A stretch of 58,536 nt of DNA, counting the filler, from an uncultured bacterium (GTDB lineage Bacteria > Auribacterota > CAZIXI01), in assembly GCA_964543115.1 (NCBI GenBank). It is 2 parts of 2 records of this genome, joined end to end, with 100 filler letters (N's around TTAATTAATTAA, not from the genome) between each part and the next. Parts side by side here need not be neighbours in the genome. Positions count along the whole stretch, not along the records: positions 29,791 to 58,536 come from CAZIXI010000008.1; 1 more part is not named here. The stretch is one strand, 5' to 3'. The first letter of the stretch is position 1. Each line of letters starts with the position of its first letter. The translations under genes were made by a program, and so were the position numbers. Shown one piece after another: positions 57,122 through 58,536 of the stretch. The notes beneath the pieces are model-generated. The model saw only the letters and a program-made list of their open reading frames with translations. It did not search any database and was not told the origin of the DNA.

Positions 57122-57580
57122 ATGATAAGGGCAGAGGAATTGAAACAGTTTTATATGTTTGCGAATTGGTCAGAAGCCAGTTTAACCAGGATTTTTCCCT
57201 ACTTTAACAAAGAAACACTTACTAAGGATCAATTACTTTTTAAAGAAAACGACCCGCCTGAAAAAATGTACTTTGTGCAAACAGGGTGTATTGAACTACG
57301 GATGATGCTTAATGAAGCGGAGAATACCGTTCTTGGGCAGATGAGGGAAGGCGATATGTTTGGGGAGCTGGCCCTGCTTGACGAGCAGCCCAGATCGGCA
57401 ACAGCAGTGGCCAGGGAACAGTCATCACTACTTAGCTTATCCCGGGAGAAGCTGGAAGATTTTCTGCGGCAGGACAATAAAGAAACGACGAATAAACTAC
57501 TATTGAGCATTCTCAAGGAACTAAGCTTCCGCATGCGCAACGCCAATGATGAAATCAGGCGCTGCATCCTTTTTGCCTGA
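57122..57580 (+). CDS. Stand-alone cyclic-nucleotide-binding domain protein
   Basis: GDMFGELALLDEQPRSATA phosphate-binding cassette; no HTH; GGAGG RBS. Confidence 0.88.
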   Translation: MIRAEELKQFYMFANWSEASLTRIFPYFNKETLTKDQLLFKENDPPEKMYFVQTGCIELRMMLNEAENTVLGQMREGDMFGELALLDEQPRSATAVAREQSSLLSLSREKLEDFLRQDNKETTNKLLLSILKELSFRMRNANDEIRRCILFA

Positions 57581-57583
57581 AGA

Positions 57584-57988
57584 TTAAGTACCACGTATTT
57601 TTTTGCTAAAAACGCGATACATAAATATCATTAAGGCCAGAATAAATGTTAAAAATATTAGATAGGAAATACCGAAAAGCAGAGAAAGCCTGCCAAAGCC
57701 AAGCGCATCCATAAAAAAGAAAAATATTGATAGAACAAATAGGCAAATAATAATAAGCCCGTAAATATAGTTAATTTTGGCAACAAGTTTCTTATTTTTT
57801 GTTGAGGATAATAATTCTCTGCAGAGAATACAAATAATAAATAATAAGCATATCGGCAAAACAATAAAGAACGACAAATTACCATAAAAAAATAGTTTTT
57901 TGCTAAAAAAGTGTTCAGCCGGAGTAGTACCCTCTGCAAGTCGTATAACAAAATTACCTACATAATAGAAAAATAAAATTTTTAGCAT
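57584..57988 (-). CDS. Hypothetical membrane protein (about 4 TM)
   Basis: AT-rich hydrophobic ORF; no recognised motif. Confidence 0.5.
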   Translation of the reverse strand: MLKILFFYYVGNFVIRLAEGTTPAEHFFSKKLFFYGNLSFFIVLPICLLFIICILCRELLSSTKNKKLVAKINYIYGLIIICLFVLSIFFFFMDALGFGRLSLLFGISYLIFLTFILALMIFMYRVFSKKIRGT

Positions 57989-58013
57989 AAAGACACCGAA
58001 CCTTTATCTTCTG

Positions 58014-58406
58014 TCATAATTTATTTATCTTGGCAGATCCCTTAGTATAAAAGTATTCCACAGCCTGTTTGAAGGCCTTCCGACTGCCTTTTATCTTATC
58101 GATGTTTACCCCCACTAAATAGAAAGTTTTTGTCTTGGCGTAAGAATGACAGCGGATAACCGTGACCTCCATCTGGGTTTCGGCCTTAAGGAAAGGATTC
58201 TTCATCCGGATCTCCAAGCTGGCTCCGCGTTTAAAATGATGGGCGCTCAGAAACAGTATGCCGGTGGTGCTGATATTCCTGGCGGTGGAAGATTCCCATT
58301 CTTTCGGATTTGCCGGGAGAGGGGAGGTTTGCCGGTAGGTCAAAAAATAAGGATGGGGCACGCGCGGAGCGCGTCTTTTTTCTCTTTTACGCTTAATAAT
58401 GGCCAT
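58014..58406 (-). CDS. Stand-alone PilZ-domain protein (c-di-GMP receptor-like)
   Basis: EKRRAPR (RxxxR) and NISTTG ([D/N]xSxxG); GGAGG RBS before ATG 58406. Confidence 0.85.
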   Translation of the reverse strand: MAIIKRKREKRRAPRVPHPYFLTYRQTSPLPANPKEWESSTARNISTTGILFLSAHHFKRGASLEIRMKNPFLKAETQMEVTVIRCHSYAKTKTFYLVGVNIDKIKGSRKAFKQAVEYFYTKGSAKINKL

Positions 58407-58536
58407 AATATCCTCCGATTTAATTATATTCAGTAATAATGATATCATTTTTTACCAAAGGAGGCAAAAGGTAAAAGAGAGAAGTAGTGTCAAGCAAATT
58501 GGGCACTTTCGTATTTGGGTACTTTGACTAAAGTAA

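Overview
Draft-scaffold window from a diderm, probably anaerobic bacterium. The lineage call (PVC-group/candidate phylum, possibly Omnitrophota-like) is inference from gene content, not a phylogeny. It has two assembly gaps: 10 N inside mutS, and a 100-bp N/TTAATTAATTAA/N linker at 29691-29790, so the two halves may not be adjacent in the genome. Left half, mostly minus strand: partial GH2 glycosidase, rsmB-fmt, TPR protein, priA, family-4 UDG, NDP-sugar epimerase, an unannotated 48-aa lipoprotein, mutL-mutS-miaB, a DUF5678/retropepsin-like pair, and a block of secreted or surface proteins (1462-aa DUF11/SdrD-B/beta-barrel protein, metzincin, glycosidase-propeller/DUF5719 protein, truncated HExxH protein). 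Right half: yidC-yidD-rnpA-rpmH, tilS-ftsH-folP-cdaA-cdaR-glmM-pdxJ-nnr, five tRNAs, dnaA flanked by DnaA-box clusters (probable oriC) and followed by rpoZ rather than dnaN, an LptF/G permease, a PncB-PncA fusion, a four-subunit 2-oxoacid:ferredoxin oxidoreductase, and an operon of three ATP-grasp ligases, a GNAT, a lysine-type KamA and a cNMP-binding protein. That operon is the best candidate for an uncharacterised pathway (possibly a beta-lysine peptide). Unexplained non-coding structure includes an exact 100-bp duplication that rebuilds the epimerase 5' end with a hairpin switch, 63-bp inverted repeats around the downstream oriC half and rpoZ, inverted 10-bp-periodic arrays between tRNAs, an in-frame heptamer repeat, and a modular REP/MITE family.
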